This document shows positions 20,494 to 30,121 of a stretch of DNA of 64,000 nucleotides, in pieces. The translations under genes were made by a program, and so were the position numbers. The notes under the pieces are model-generated. The model worked only from the letters and a program-made list of their open reading frames with translations. It was not told the DNA's origin and did not search any database. The stretch is from NCBI GenBank assembly GCA_965658435.1, contig CBFHSE010000002.1, positions 239 to 64,238 on the forward strand, in the 5' to 3' direction. How positions within the stretch are numbered: position 1 is the stretch's first letter; every line of letters starts with the position of its first letter. The stretch comes from Rickettsiales bacterium (GTDB taxonomy: Bacteria; Pseudomonadota; Alphaproteobacteria; Rickettsiales; JABIRX01).

Positions 20494-21626
20494 TGCTAAG
20501 AAAAACTAGAAAAAAACTTAAAATATTTTTTCTATTATTTTCAATAATTATCTCTGTAATTTTCACTGTTTATTTTGCCTTAACAACTACAGAAAAAAGA
20601 ATTTTAACAGAAATAGATAAGAAGTTCACTTCAATTTTTCCTGGCTCTTCATTAAATTACCAAGATTTTAATAAAACTGGCTTATTTTTTATTAAAAATA
20701 TAAGCATAAATCACATAATTATAGAACATAAAAACTATAAAATAGAATCTAATAAATTGATTATAGATTTATTAAACAACAAGGTAAAATATATAAATAT
20801 AAGCTCACCTATAATTATATTTCGTCAAAATTCCTTACCAGCAATTTCTCTTGAAACAAAAGAAAGCATAAATATAGAAATTGCTGAAGAAGAAAATAGA
20901 AACCTTAAAAATATATTAATTAAAATACCAGAGCCTATTTTATTCAAAAATAATATAGAAAATTACATTATAAATCATGATTCACCAGAGTTAAGATTAA
21001 GCTTAATAAATAACCAGCTTAAAAATTTAAGTTATAATGCTAGTAAAATTCTTTTTGTTAATGAAGGTGAGGCACAAAAAAAGTCAACATATGAAATAAA
21101 TGATTCATTCATAAATATAAATAAAAATGGCAAAAATACACTTTATGATATAAGAATTAACCAAAAAAACCTTACTGAAAAAGAAGAAAAACAAAACTCT
21201 ACAATAACTGCAAATTGGGAGCACATAAAAAAACAAACAGAAAACATCTTCAAAATTAACAATCTTCTTATAAAAAACCACGAGGTAAATTTTGAATTAT
21301 CAGGAGAAATAAGCAAAAATAACAACTCTATTTTTCCTAAAGGTGATTTAGAGTTAAAAATAGCCAATTACCCTCTATTGCTAGATAATTTTATTGATAA
21401 TATAAAACTACAAGCAAAAAATAACAGCCAATTTAAAGTCCTTTTCCAAAAAATACTACTTGAAGATGATTCTAAGCCAAAATTAACAAAATTTATAAAA
21501 AAAATAAATAAAAACAAAACAGATAACATTAATTTTAACATAAAATTTTCACCATATTTTTTCGTTAAAATAAATAATATAGATATAAAACAACTACAAA
21601 AACTACTAGAAGAAAGCTTCAAATAA
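20493..21626 (+). CDS. Hypothetical membrane-anchored protein (N/K-rich)
   Basis: One N-terminal TM helix and a long open frame with host-like composition. No motif recognised. Confidence 0.4.
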   Translation: MLRKTRKKLKIFFLLFSIIISVIFTVYFALTTTEKRILTEIDKKFTSIFPGSSLNYQDFNKTGLFFIKNISINHIIIEHKNYKIESNKLIIDLLNNKVKYINISSPIIIFRQNSLPAISLETKESINIEIAEEENRNLKNILIKIPEPILFKNNIENYIINHDSPELRLSLINNQLKNLSYNASKILFVNEGEAQKKSTYEINDSFININKNGKNTLYDIRINQKNLTEKEEKQNSTITANWEHIKKQTENIFKINNLLIKNHEVNFELSGEISKNNNSIFPKGDLELKIANYPLLLDNFIDNIKLQAKNNSQFKVLFQKILLEDDSKPKLTKFIKKINKNKTDNINFNIKFSPYFFVKINNIDIKQLQKLLEESFK

Positions 21627-21660
21627 AGCATTTATACTTGCCTAAAATAAAATAAAAATT

Positions 21661-22278
21661 ATGAGAAATATTTTAGGAACAAATGAATGTATAAACTGCA
21701 GAGAACAAAATCTTGAATCAGGTTTATTATGTTATAATTGTTTTAAAAAATTAGATTTTATTACTAATTATAATGATTTAACATCAATTTACGCCCATAA
21801 CAAACTAGCCAAAAAACTAGTAAAAAAAACAAAATATCAAGATACTCAAATATATTTAAACTTCTTTACTAACATCTTAATATATTACATTAAATGGCAA
21901 AAAATAGATTTTGACTATATAATACCTATACCAAGTGATTATTTAACCTTAATCAAAAAATCTGAGCATCATAATTTTTTAATTGCTAAAAAATTAGCCT
22001 CATATTTCCAGAAACAAACCTTAACTAATCTTTTAAAATGCAAAAACAAAAAAAGTCAAACCTCATTATCAGCAAAACAAAGAAAGAGAAATTTAAAAGA
22101 TATTTTTTACTTAAATGAAAAACAGCTTAAAAAAATTAGCTTCAAAAAAATCATCCTTTTTGATGATATTACCACAACTGGCTCTACATTAGAAAATGCA
22201 TCTAATATTTTAACAAAAAATACTACTATAAAAATTTATCCATTAACATTAAACAAAACCTACTTGACCATTAAGTGA
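21661..22278 (+). CDS. ComF-family phosphoribosyltransferase-like protein
   Basis: N-terminal zinc ribbon CINC...CYNC and the PRTase motif ILFDDITTTGSTL. Confidence 0.75.
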   Translation: MRNILGTNECINCREQNLESGLLCYNCFKKLDFITNYNDLTSIYAHNKLAKKLVKKTKYQDTQIYLNFFTNILIYYIKWQKIDFDYIIPIPSDYLTLIKKSEHHNFLIAKKLASYFQKQTLTNLLKCKNKKSQTSLSAKQRKRNLKDIFYLNEKQLKKISFKKIILFDDITTTGSTLENASNILTKNTTIKIYPLTLNKTYLTIK

Positions 22279-22328
22279 AGCTTATATAGAATATGCGGTT
22301 TTCAACCAATAATTAAAGGTAATTAAAT

Positions 22329-22535
22329 TTGTTACAAGTATTAGTAAAAGACAATAATGTTGAACTAGCATTAAAAACTCTTAAAAGAAAAATGCAAAGG
22401 GAAGGTGTTTTTAGAGTATTAAAACTAAAGCGCTATCATGAAAAAAATTGCGATATGAAAAAGCGCAAAACAGAAGAATCATTCAAACGTAAAAGAAAAA
22501 TCCAATATAAATTCGACGTTAAAATCCCAGAATAA
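22329..22535 (+). CDS. rpsU: 30S ribosomal protein S21
   Basis: (M)LQVLVKDNNVELALKTLKRKMQREGVF...RYHEK..., about 68 aa, TTG start. Confidence 0.85.
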   Translation: MLQVLVKDNNVELALKTLKRKMQREGVFRVLKLKRYHEKNCDMKKRKTEESFKRKRKIQYKFDVKIPE

Positions 22536-22545
22536 GCTTAAAAAG

Positions 22546-22638
22546 GGAGGGGTGGCCGAGAGGCTTAAGGCGACGGTTTGCTAAATCGTTATACGGGTAT
22601 TCCCCGTATCGTGGGTTCGAATCCCATCCCCTCCGCCA
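22546..22638 (+). tRNA. tRNA-Ser (anticodon GCU), long variable arm, CCA encoded
   Basis: GGAGGGGTGGCCGAGAGGCTTAAGGCGACGGTTTGCTAAATCGTT...GTGGGTTCGAATCCCATCCCCTCCGCCA. Acceptor stem GGAGGGG/CCCCTCC and anticodon loop TTGCTAA. Confidence 0.9.
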
Positions 22639-22938
22639 GTTTAACTGGTTCTAACCTCGTCTCCGCTCTATTTTTTAGCCAACTTAATCAGCGCTCTAAT
22701 CCCAGTAAATCTAAGGGTTTGCGAGTTTCAAAACTCTATTTCGGTCGCCCCTTTTCTTCTCCGTTTTTCATAAAATTTTATCAAAATCAGGGTAAATTTT
22801 CTCTCTTTCTCCGCTTGGGTCGTCCTGTTTTGATTTTAGGACGCTTCGATAAACACTGGCTTCACAGCTTTTCTATCGAACTTTTCTATGTGGGTGTGCG
22901 AGTGCAACTTTGATGATTTTTGCGAACTTTTCTATTTA

Positions 22939-24452
22939 GTTAACCCTGCAAAACCCAATTTCCAAAATAGTTTTTTTGCCAGATAGTGAGGATTTTTATG
23001 AATTTATCAAAAAGATTCTTGGATTTTTGCAAGAAATTAGAATATAAAATAAAGAGTAAAAGAATTTTGGTAATTTTTTGTAAAATTCTTTTAAAATTAT
23101 AGCCAAAGCCAGCCATATTAGCATTTATCTTATCGCCTTCTTCGCCCTTAAGATAGCTTTTATTTAAACGGTGATGGTTTTTTAAAATTGAGTTAATTTG
23201 TTCAATAGCATTCCTTCTTTTTAATTTCTTCCTGATTGTCTGAGTAATTGATTTCTTCTTTTGACCAGAAATAAATAATCTCTCTTTCTTCGGATAATCA
23301 TTGCCTCTATAACCCTTATCCAAAAAGGCCTTCTCGATTTCTTGGTTAATATTATTCTCGGTTTTCTTTATTACCTCATTTAAAATATGACCATCATACC
23401 TGTTCTTACCCTCAGTAATAACTGATAAAATAAAATTACTCTTATTGGTAGCAGATATCGTAGTCTTTGATCCAAATTCATATTTCTTATGCATCTTTCC
23501 CTTAGAAAAACACATAATATGCTCTGATTCATGCCAGGAATAAATCTTATTCTTATCATTGATCTTCTGATTTAAAATTCTCTTGGCCTTAATAATAATT
23601 TGCTGCGATTCCTCCAACTGATTCTTATCAGACTTTCTCTCAAAATCAGCAATCACCCTCCTTAAATAAGTTTGTAGCTTCCTATCCTGCTTCTTAGCCA
23701 GCTTATTCTTCCTTTGTCTTTGATAAAGACCTCGCAAAAATAAAGCCTTCTTGGCCAAAATATTGTAATTTTGCCTTAAATCTAAATTATAATCTTTAGC
23801 TTGCTTAACAAGCGCCTTCCTAGCTTTGTTGTAAAGCCTTGAATCTGTCGGATAAGTTATGTTCTTTTCTTGAATAGTTGAATCAATAGTAATCTCAGAT
23901 AAATCTTTTTTACTCTTAATCAAATTTAAATTAGATCCTATGCGAATAGTCTCCTGTAAAATTTTATTCATACCATCTTCACTAATCTTTTGCCTAAATC
24001 TAGTAAGGCCACTAGGATCTATCGGAAATTCATGACAGAAAAATTCTTCACCACAAAAAAACTGAAAATATGGATCACGAACCCAATCTTCAACCACCGC
24101 CTCATCCGATAGATTATAAATGCTCTGTAATATTGTTAAACCAATCTTTAACCTAATAGGTTTGGTAGATCTGCCATTATCAACACAATAACAATGCTCA
24201 AACTCATCTTCCAAAGAATCCCAATCTATTATTCGAGACAAAATCACTAATTCATGCTTCATATTGATAATTTGATCCAATCTAGAACGAAATAGATCTT
24301 CCTGCTTATCTGAAGAGTACCTTTTTAACATAAAAAACTAAAATTATTTGCAAGATTTTACTAAGAAATTAAAACTTTCTTGCAAATTATTTTAATAATT
24401 ATTGCCGTTGAAGCAAGGAATTTATTGGTATTATGAGGTTTTGCAGGGGTGA
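22939..24452 (-). mobile_element. IS5/IS1182-type insertion sequence (about 1.5 kb, single transposase)
   Basis: Imperfect terminal inverted repeats with a 12-bp identical core: CCCTGCAAAACC at 22944-22955 and GGTTTTGCAGGG at 24437-24448. The transposase ORF runs into the left repeat. CTATTTA flanks both ends (22932-22938 and 24453-24459) and may be a target duplication. Confidence 0.7.
22940..24331 (-). CDS. IS5/IS1182-family DDE transposase
   Basis: An InsH-like N-terminal domain (LFRSRLDQIINMKHELVILSRIIDW...KPIRLKIGLTILQSIYNLSDEAVVEDWVRDPYFQFFCG) and a DDE region (ITIDSTIQEKNITYPTD...FLDKGYRG...). Confidence 0.85.
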   Translation of the reverse strand: MLKRYSSDKQEDLFRSRLDQIINMKHELVILSRIIDWDSLEDEFEHCYCVDNGRSTKPIRLKIGLTILQSIYNLSDEAVVEDWVRDPYFQFFCGEEFFCHEFPIDPSGLTRFRQKISEDGMNKILQETIRIGSNLNLIKSKKDLSEITIDSTIQEKNITYPTDSRLYNKARKALVKQAKDYNLDLRQNYNILAKKALFLRGLYQRQRKNKLAKKQDRKLQTYLRRVIADFERKSDKNQLEESQQIIIKAKRILNQKINDKNKIYSWHESEHIMCFSKGKMHKKYEFGSKTTISATNKSNFILSVITEGKNRYDGHILNEVIKKTENNINQEIEKAFLDKGYRGNDYPKKERLFISGQKKKSITQTIRKKLKRRNAIEQINSILKNHHRLNKSYLKGEEGDKINANMAGFGYNFKRILQKITKILLLFILYSNFLQKSKNLFDKFIKILTIWQKNYFGNWVLQG

Positions 24453-24467
24453 CTATTTATCTGAAGA

Positions 24468-24941
24468 TCATAAAAGTAAATTATCTCTAATGGGAAAAAA
24501 TTTAGAAGCTGCATTAATCAAGGAATTTGCAGTTAAATCAGGAACGCCATATACCTCACTAGTGACATTAAAACTATTGTTAATTTTTCCAATTAATAAA
24601 TCGAAATCTCCATCCCCTGACGCTAAAACTACTATATCTGATTTTGGAGCATATTCCATAATATCAATAGCAATGCCGACATCCCAATCTCCTTTGCTAG
24701 ATCCATCGCTCCTGTTGATAAATGGCTTTAGTTTTACTTCAAAACCAATGGCTCTTAAAATATTTTGAAATTGCTTTTGTTTTTCATTATTACTATCTAT
24801 TGCATAGGCTATGGCTGTTACAACTTCTCTATTTGGCGTTATTTCTAACCAAAATTTATTATAATCAAAATGACGATTATATTTTTCTTTTGTAGTGTAA
24901 TATATATTTTGTACATCAACAAAAATTGAAACCTTTTTCAT
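24468..24941 (-). CDS. NYN-domain (LabA/DUF88-like) predicted RNase
   Basis: VSIFVDVQNIYY...VLASGDGDFDLLI places acidic residues as in NYN/PIN-like nucleases. Confidence 0.75.
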   Translation of the reverse strand: MKKVSIFVDVQNIYYTTKEKYNRHFDYNKFWLEITPNREVVTAIAYAIDSNNEKQKQFQNILRAIGFEVKLKPFINRSDGSSKGDWDVGIAIDIMEYAPKSDIVVLASGDGDFDLLIGKINNSFNVTSEVYGVPDLTANSLINAASKFFPIRDNLLL

Positions 24942-24946
24942 CGGAA

Positions 24947-25384
24947 TTATTTATTTTTTAAAATTTTATAAAGCATGGCCTTGTTTTTATAACTTTGTGA
25001 ATCTGAGGGGTTAAGCTCAATGGCTCTGTTATAATCAATTAGGGCATTACCATATTGTTTTAAATGATAATATACATTACCTCTACTTCTATAAGCATCA
25101 GGGGAATTGGTGTTAAGTTTTATAACTTTATTAAAATCTATTAGAGCCTTTTGATATTTATGTAAGATTGAATAAGATAATCCTCTATTATAATAAGAGG
25201 TGGCATGATTAGGGTCTAGCGTAATAACTCTATTAAAATCTTTGATGGCTTGTTTGTATTTTCCTAAATTTGCATTAGCAAGTGCCCTGGAATGATAGTT
25301 TTTAAGATCGGCTTTGCTTAGCTTTTCATCAATGGTACAGGAATTTGTAATAAGAATTAATGATGTTAGAAATAATAGCTTCAT
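24947..25384 (-). CDS. TPR-repeat lipoprotein
   Basis: Lipobox LILITNSC, followed by three to four TPR units (AIKDFNRVITLDPNHATSYYNRG..., ALIDFNKVIKLNTNSPDAYRSRG..., ALIDYNRAIELNPSD...). Confidence 0.75.
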   Translation of the reverse strand: MKLLFLTSLILITNSCTIDEKLSKADLKNYHSRALANANLGKYKQAIKDFNRVITLDPNHATSYYNRGLSYSILHKYQKALIDFNKVIKLNTNSPDAYRSRGNVYYHLKQYGNALIDYNRAIELNPSDSQSYKNKAMLYKILKNK

Positions 25385-27360
25385 ACTCCTAACCTGTTAT
25401 TTTGCACCTTTTTAGAAAATAGCCCAGTATCAGCAATCATCAAAATCATTTGTTCATAGCTCATATTTTGATTTAAGAAGCACGCTCTATAAAAATATCC
25501 TTTTTTTAAACCAGGCATAAAATTTGCCTCCATAAAATAAGGTACTCCAAAATCATCCATTTTGATATCTATTCTACCAAATGATCTGCCATTTAATGCC
25601 TTAAATGCAATAATGGCTAAAGCAGAAATTTTCTCATGAATTTTTAAATTTAAAACAGCAATAACTTGCTCTGCATCTTTAATCTTGGTATCAAAATCAA
25701 GAATGGAGTGCTTTTGAAATTGGCAATTAGGCACAATCTCTACTGGCATAGCTGATATTGAATTTTTTAGATGATCTTCAATTATTGCAACGCTATATTC
25801 TTTACCTGACAAATAAGCCTCAATTAAAGAATTTGATTTTTGGTTTTTGTTAATTGAGGAGACTTTATTTTCAAAATCTTCAAAATTATTTACGATTGAA
25901 TCTTGATCTATTCCTCTGCTATCACCACCAGTAATTGGCTTAATAAATAGCGGAAAATTAACTGGTAAAGATTCTTTGTTTTTATACTCGCCAGGACATG
26001 ATGTAAAAAAATCTGCTGTGTTAATATTAGATTTTCTTATTATATCTTTTGCTACAGATTTATCATATTCATTTTCTAGGGCTTTTCTATTTGACCCAAT
26101 GTAAGAAATATTATGTTCATCTAAATAGTCATTAAGCCAAATAATTTCGTCCTTGCCTAAATGATTGCAAAAAGTAAAATATTTTACTCCTGAAAATACC
26201 AAATCAGGATTTTTCTTCATTAAATCATCAAGATCTTCCTTATTTCTAATTACAGAGATAACTACCTTTTCATAAGATTTAGATAAAATATTTAAAATAA
26301 TTTGGGCATCAATATCAATTGCTATATTCGCTTGTTTGATATCACCTTCGATCATTACAATTTCAATATATTTATTAATTTTGCTAGATTTGTGATATTT
26401 TGAAATTGGCTGTCTTTTAATTGCTGAGCGTATAATTAGATTTAAAACCTCATCATATCTTAGCAAAGAATTTAACTCGTAAGATTTAGGAAAATAACTG
26501 CTTCCCTTCGTCATTCCAGGAGTTAAATTCGCCTCTATAAAATAACATCTTTCATGAGCATCCATTTTGATATCTATTCTTCCAAAATCCCTTGCTCCAA
26601 GAGCTTTAAATGCAGAAAGTGCAACATTAGATACTTTCTGATAAATATTAATATCTGTAATTTTTCTTAAAATTTCATTATCTTCACTTTTTATTTTTTT
26701 GCTTAAAATTCTTAAATCATCTTTTAGCGGAGCAATTATTTCTATCGGGGCAACAAGCATTGTGTCGGCGTTAATAATTGACACCGTAAATTCTCTTCCA
26801 GGTAAATATTCTTCTACTAAAATTGGTTCTTGGTAAATATCATATAACTCTTTAATTTTTGCCTGAAATCCAGCAAAATTAATTACAAAAGAATTGCTGT
26901 CTATACCATCGCTATTTGCAGAGTTATTTGGCTTTATAAATAACGGAAAAGGGATTGGAATCTCCTCAGAAGATTTATATTGATCTGGAATTGCTGTAAA
27001 GAATTCTGCCGTTTCAATTCCGTGTGATAAAATTTGCAGCTTAGAAGATGTCTTAGTAACATCATATTTTAGAACCTCTTTGCTAGAACCTGTATAATTA
27101 ATATTATTTGATTCAAAATATTCTGATAGCCAGATTTTTTGTCCGTGGCTATCAATCATGATCTTATTAGTTAGAAGTACGAGGTCTGGATTTCTACTTA
27201 CTACTGCATCTAAATCAAATTCATTACTACAAATAGTCGTCCTAATGTTAGGATAAAGATCTAATAGAAATTTATGAATATTTTTACATGTTGCGAGTGA
27301 TCCAAAAGCAGTGTTCTTTAGGGATTCATCACTGATAATTATTATTTCAATTTTTTGCAT
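25381..27360 (-). CDS. Tandem double ATP-grasp protein (two D-Ala-D-Ala-ligase-like modules in one polypeptide)
   Basis: Both halves repeat the same pattern: PDLV(L/F)..., NI(N/S)Y(T/I)GS, FPLFIKP...(S/G)DGID/SRGID, (V/I)E(E/A)YL(P/S)G(R/K)E(F/Y)(T/S)V(S/A)II, FGRIDIKMD...YF(I/M)EAN..PG(M/L)(T/K)KG. The stop overlaps the TPR gene start. Confidence 0.75.
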   Translation of the reverse strand: MQKIEIIIISDESLKNTAFGSLATCKNIHKFLLDLYPNIRTTICSNEFDLDAVVSRNPDLVLLTNKIMIDSHGQKIWLSEYFESNNINYTGSSKEVLKYDVTKTSSKLQILSHGIETAEFFTAIPDQYKSSEEIPIPFPLFIKPNNSANSDGIDSNSFVINFAGFQAKIKELYDIYQEPILVEEYLPGREFTVSIINADTMLVAPIEIIAPLKDDLRILSKKIKSEDNEILRKITDINIYQKVSNVALSAFKALGARDFGRIDIKMDAHERCYFIEANLTPGMTKGSSYFPKSYELNSLLRYDEVLNLIIRSAIKRQPISKYHKSSKINKYIEIVMIEGDIKQANIAIDIDAQIILNILSKSYEKVVISVIRNKEDLDDLMKKNPDLVFSGVKYFTFCNHLGKDEIIWLNDYLDEHNISYIGSNRKALENEYDKSVAKDIIRKSNINTADFFTSCPGEYKNKESLPVNFPLFIKPITGGDSRGIDQDSIVNNFEDFENKVSSINKNQKSNSLIEAYLSGKEYSVAIIEDHLKNSISAMPVEIVPNCQFQKHSILDFDTKIKDAEQVIAVLNLKIHEKISALAIIAFKALNGRSFGRIDIKMDDFGVPYFMEANFMPGLKKGYFYRACFLNQNMSYEQMILMIADTGLFSKKVQNNRLGV

Positions 27361-27503
27361 TAATTTATATTCTTGTTTAAGTTAAAAAACTTTAGCAGAA
27401 TTGAAGAATCAATTCCTCAGCATTCGCCTTAAACTAGAATACAATTAATGTGAGATAGGCATTGTAAACAAAGGTTAAAGTATAGCCAAATTAAGATAAT
27501 AAA

Positions 27504-27716
27504 TTAATCTACTATCTTAATATCTATTGCAGATAATTTGCCTTTATTTTTCTCAGTTTTATAAGAGATTTTTTGATTTTCTTCTAAATCAGAAATACCC
27601 TGTTTTTCTATTTCGCTTACATGAACAAAAACATCTTTGCTTCCATCATCCGGCTCAACAAATCCATAACCTTTTGTGCGGTTAAACCATTTTACCTTTC
27701 CTATTTGTGTTTCCAT
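27504..27716 (-). CDS. cspA: Cold-shock protein (CspA family)
   Basis: [15 protein letters not shown]...DVFVHVS contains the RNP1 and RNP2 motifs; 70 aa. Confidence 0.9.
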   Translation of the reverse strand: METQIGKVKWFNRTKGYGFVEPDDGSKDVFVHVSEIEKQGISDLEENQKISYKTEKNKGKLSAIDIKIVD

Positions 27717-27979
27717 AATTTTAATTATTAGAGTTATTATTAAAGCATCTTTATAAAAATGCTCATTTCTTACCTAGTGCAATAATTGAATTAGGGACAA
27801 CTCTATAAAATTAGAAATAACAGAATTTAAAATATGAGGTAATAACTCTGCAACTGTAACTTATACCAAGAAAATCTTGCTAAAAACAATGAATTTAACT
27901 AAAGCTATCTGATTCTAGTTTGTTTTCTAGTATTAGCAACCTAATAGGTGAAATATTTAAAAAGAACATTTTATCCCTA

Positions 27980-28384
27980 CTAGAATCCCAACATCTCTTC
28001 CTGCTCTTGCCATAAATCAGGCATTTGTTTAGTAATTATGTCCTGCAATTTTAAAGTCCTTGGCTGAGTTCCGGTCAAAACTGCTTTGACAATTTTTGGT
28101 GATAAAAAATTAAGATTAAAAACTTTGCTGACATAGGAAGTACCAACTTTTTCTTTTCTTGCAATATCTGCTAGAGATTCAAATTTGTCTTCCTCCATCA
28201 AGTTTTTCCATTTATGGGCTTTGCCAATCATCTTGATTAATTTGTCATCAAAATGAGTTTTCTGCTCATCTATTGGGGTGTTTTTAGGGCAAATTACCAT
28301 TGCAGTACCGCCCCTCTTTTTTATTTGGATTGGCACAAAAATATCGATGGTTTCTTCATTTATTTGCTGGCTAACTGTTTCCAT
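27980..28384 (-). CDS. Recombinase-associated putative DNA-binding protein
   Basis: Lies 1 nt downstream of the serine recombinase. The C-terminal HTH-like segment SLADIARKEKVGTSYVSKVFNLNFLSPKIVKAVLTGTQP resembles accessory proteins I recall next to large serine recombinases. Confidence 0.5.
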   Translation of the reverse strand: METVSQQINEETIDIFVPIQIKKRGGTAMVICPKNTPIDEQKTHFDDKLIKMIGKAHKWKNLMEEDKFESLADIARKEKVGTSYVSKVFNLNFLSPKIVKAVLTGTQPRTLKLQDIITKQMPDLWQEQEEMLGF

Positions 28385-28385
28385 A

Positions 28386-29705
28386 TTAATTCGTTAATTC
28401 GGTTGATAATGAGTGAAGCCCTTCTTTAAAGATTTTGATATTTAGCCCTTCAGGTTTGATATCAATTTGTTTGATTAGAAGGTTGATAATTCTTGCCTGT
28501 TCAACTGGAAATAACTCATCCCAGACTTTATCTATTGTTTTAAATGAATTGATGATTTTATTTTCTGATAAATCGTCTTTCTTGGCGTTAATAGTGTGAA
28601 TTATAAACTCCGGCTTTTTTAGAAAATTTAAAACTTGGTCAGTCACTAAACTTTCAGTTTCACTAGCAGATATTCTGCCAACTTTGCATAGATCATTATT
28701 ACCTTTGTGCTTTGACTGGCAAATATAATAGCGATATCTTTTGCCTTGCTTGGTAGTATAAGTTGGCGTCATTTTTGAACCACATATTCCGCAATTCATT
28801 ATTCCTTTTAAAAGTGGAGCTGTTGTGACCCTTAATGATGGTAATTGAATTTTGTTGTTGGTTGATAGTAACTCTCTTGTTTTTTGCCAAATTTGCTCGT
28901 CAATAATTGGTTTGTGCATTCCATCAAAAAGCTTGTCTTTGTGCTTAACTTTGCCGATATAGAGGTGATTATTTAAAATTCTTCTGACATTAGATTTGTT
29001 AAATCTTTTACCCTTATGAAGCTTACCATTATTTGAGATCCAAGTTTTGGTGGTAAAGCCAAGATTATTTAATTCTCTAGCTGTTTCAGTAATTGAGGCT
29101 GTTTCTGCAAAATTTTGAAATAATATCCTGACAATTTTCGCCTCTTTTTCATTTATGAGTAATTTTCTATCTTTTACATCATAGCCAAGAGGAATATTAC
29201 CGCCCATCCACATACCTCTTTTGCATGAGGCTTCTAATTTATCTTTAATTCTCTCAGAAGTTAATTCTCTTTCATATTGGGCAAAACTTAACAGAACATT
29301 AAGCATTAATCGCCCCATTGAATTGGCAGTATTAAAACTCTGGGTTACTGATACAAAACTAACATTATGTTCATCAAGTAGTTGGATAATTTTAGAAAAA
29401 TCTAAAAGCGATCTGGTTAGACGATCAATTTTATAAACAATAATACAGTCAATTTTATCTTCTCTAATATCCTGAAATAATCTTTGAAGAGCTGGCCTTT
29501 CTAAATTGCCTCCGCTAAATCCGCCATCATCATAATGATCATTTACCAAAACCCAGCCTTCATGAGCTTGAGAGGAGATATAATTTTCTGCTGAGGCTCT
29601 TTGTGCGTCAAGGGAATTAAACTCTTGCTCTAATCCTTCCTCACAAGATTTTCTGGTATAGATAGCGCATCTTATTTTTTGTTTATTTCTTATGTTATCT
29701 ATCAT
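28386..29705 (-). CDS. Large serine recombinase (resolvase/invertase N-domain plus recombinase and zinc-ribbon domains)
   Basis: RCAIYTRKSCEE...SLDAQR (catalytic Ser region), GGFSGGNLERPALQRL, VYKIDRLTRSL, QYERELTSERIKD, and a C-terminal CGICGSKM...YYICQSK zinc ribbon. Confidence 0.9.
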   Translation of the reverse strand: MIDNIRNKQKIRCAIYTRKSCEEGLEQEFNSLDAQRASAENYISSQAHEGWVLVNDHYDDGGFSGGNLERPALQRLFQDIREDKIDCIIVYKIDRLTRSLLDFSKIIQLLDEHNVSFVSVTQSFNTANSMGRLMLNVLLSFAQYERELTSERIKDKLEASCKRGMWMGGNIPLGYDVKDRKLLINEKEAKIVRILFQNFAETASITETARELNNLGFTTKTWISNNGKLHKGKRFNKSNVRRILNNHLYIGKVKHKDKLFDGMHKPIIDEQIWQKTRELLSTNNKIQLPSLRVTTAPLLKGIMNCGICGSKMTPTYTTKQGKRYRYYICQSKHKGNNDLCKVGRISASETESLVTDQVLNFLKKPEFIIHTINAKKDDLSENKIINSFKTIDKVWDELFPVEQARIINLLIKQIDIKPEGLNIKIFKEGLHSLSTELTN

Positions 29706-30121
29706 GACTGTAATTTAAAGAATTTAGGCCCATTCCATCTGGTGCCGGTTATTTTTCTGGCAATAGCAGATAGGCTTTTCCACTTCTTGCCGTCATATTC
29801 AAAAGAATCCTTTAAAACTTCGACCTGATGCATCACTCCTTGCCACTCTCTGCATATTTTAGTACCTGGTAATAGATCAGTATGTTTCTTTAAAATTGAG
29901 GTTGATGTGCCATTAGCGATTTTATTGAGATTGTCGATTGATTCATCATCTAAAGCCCCAAATGCCAATTCTTGTAGCCGATAAGCTATTCTTGGCCTTA
30001 AAAATTCCTTATTGGTGTTAGCCACGCATTTTTTAGGCATAATCTCATTATAAATTTGCCGAAGGTCACTTGCTGACTTACTTTCTAATTCAATAATTTG
30101 TCTAATAATTGATTTGCTCAT
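29702..30121 (-). CDS. DUF2924-family protein (serine recombinase companion)
   Basis: LLPGTKICREWQGVMHQVEVLKDSFEYDGKKWKSLSAIARKITGTRWNGPKFFKL matches the DUF2924 signature from memory. Overlaps the recombinase start by 4 nt. Confidence 0.7.
   Translation of the reverse strand: MSKSIIRQIIELESKSASDLRQIYNEIMPKKCVANTNKEFLRPRIAYRLQELAFGALDDESIDNLNKIANGTSTSILKKHTDLLPGTKICREWQGVMHQVEVLKDSFEYDGKKWKSLSAIARKITGTRWNGPKFFKLQS

Noticed and set aside
22578-22913. A 111-aa + strand ORF downstream of rpsU.
   Set aside because: It starts inside tRNA-Ser and translates repeat-rich non-coding DNA. The sequence is not protein-like.
24433-24768. A 111-aa + strand ORF.
   Set aside because: It begins inside the IS right end and runs antisense through the well-supported NYN-domain gene.
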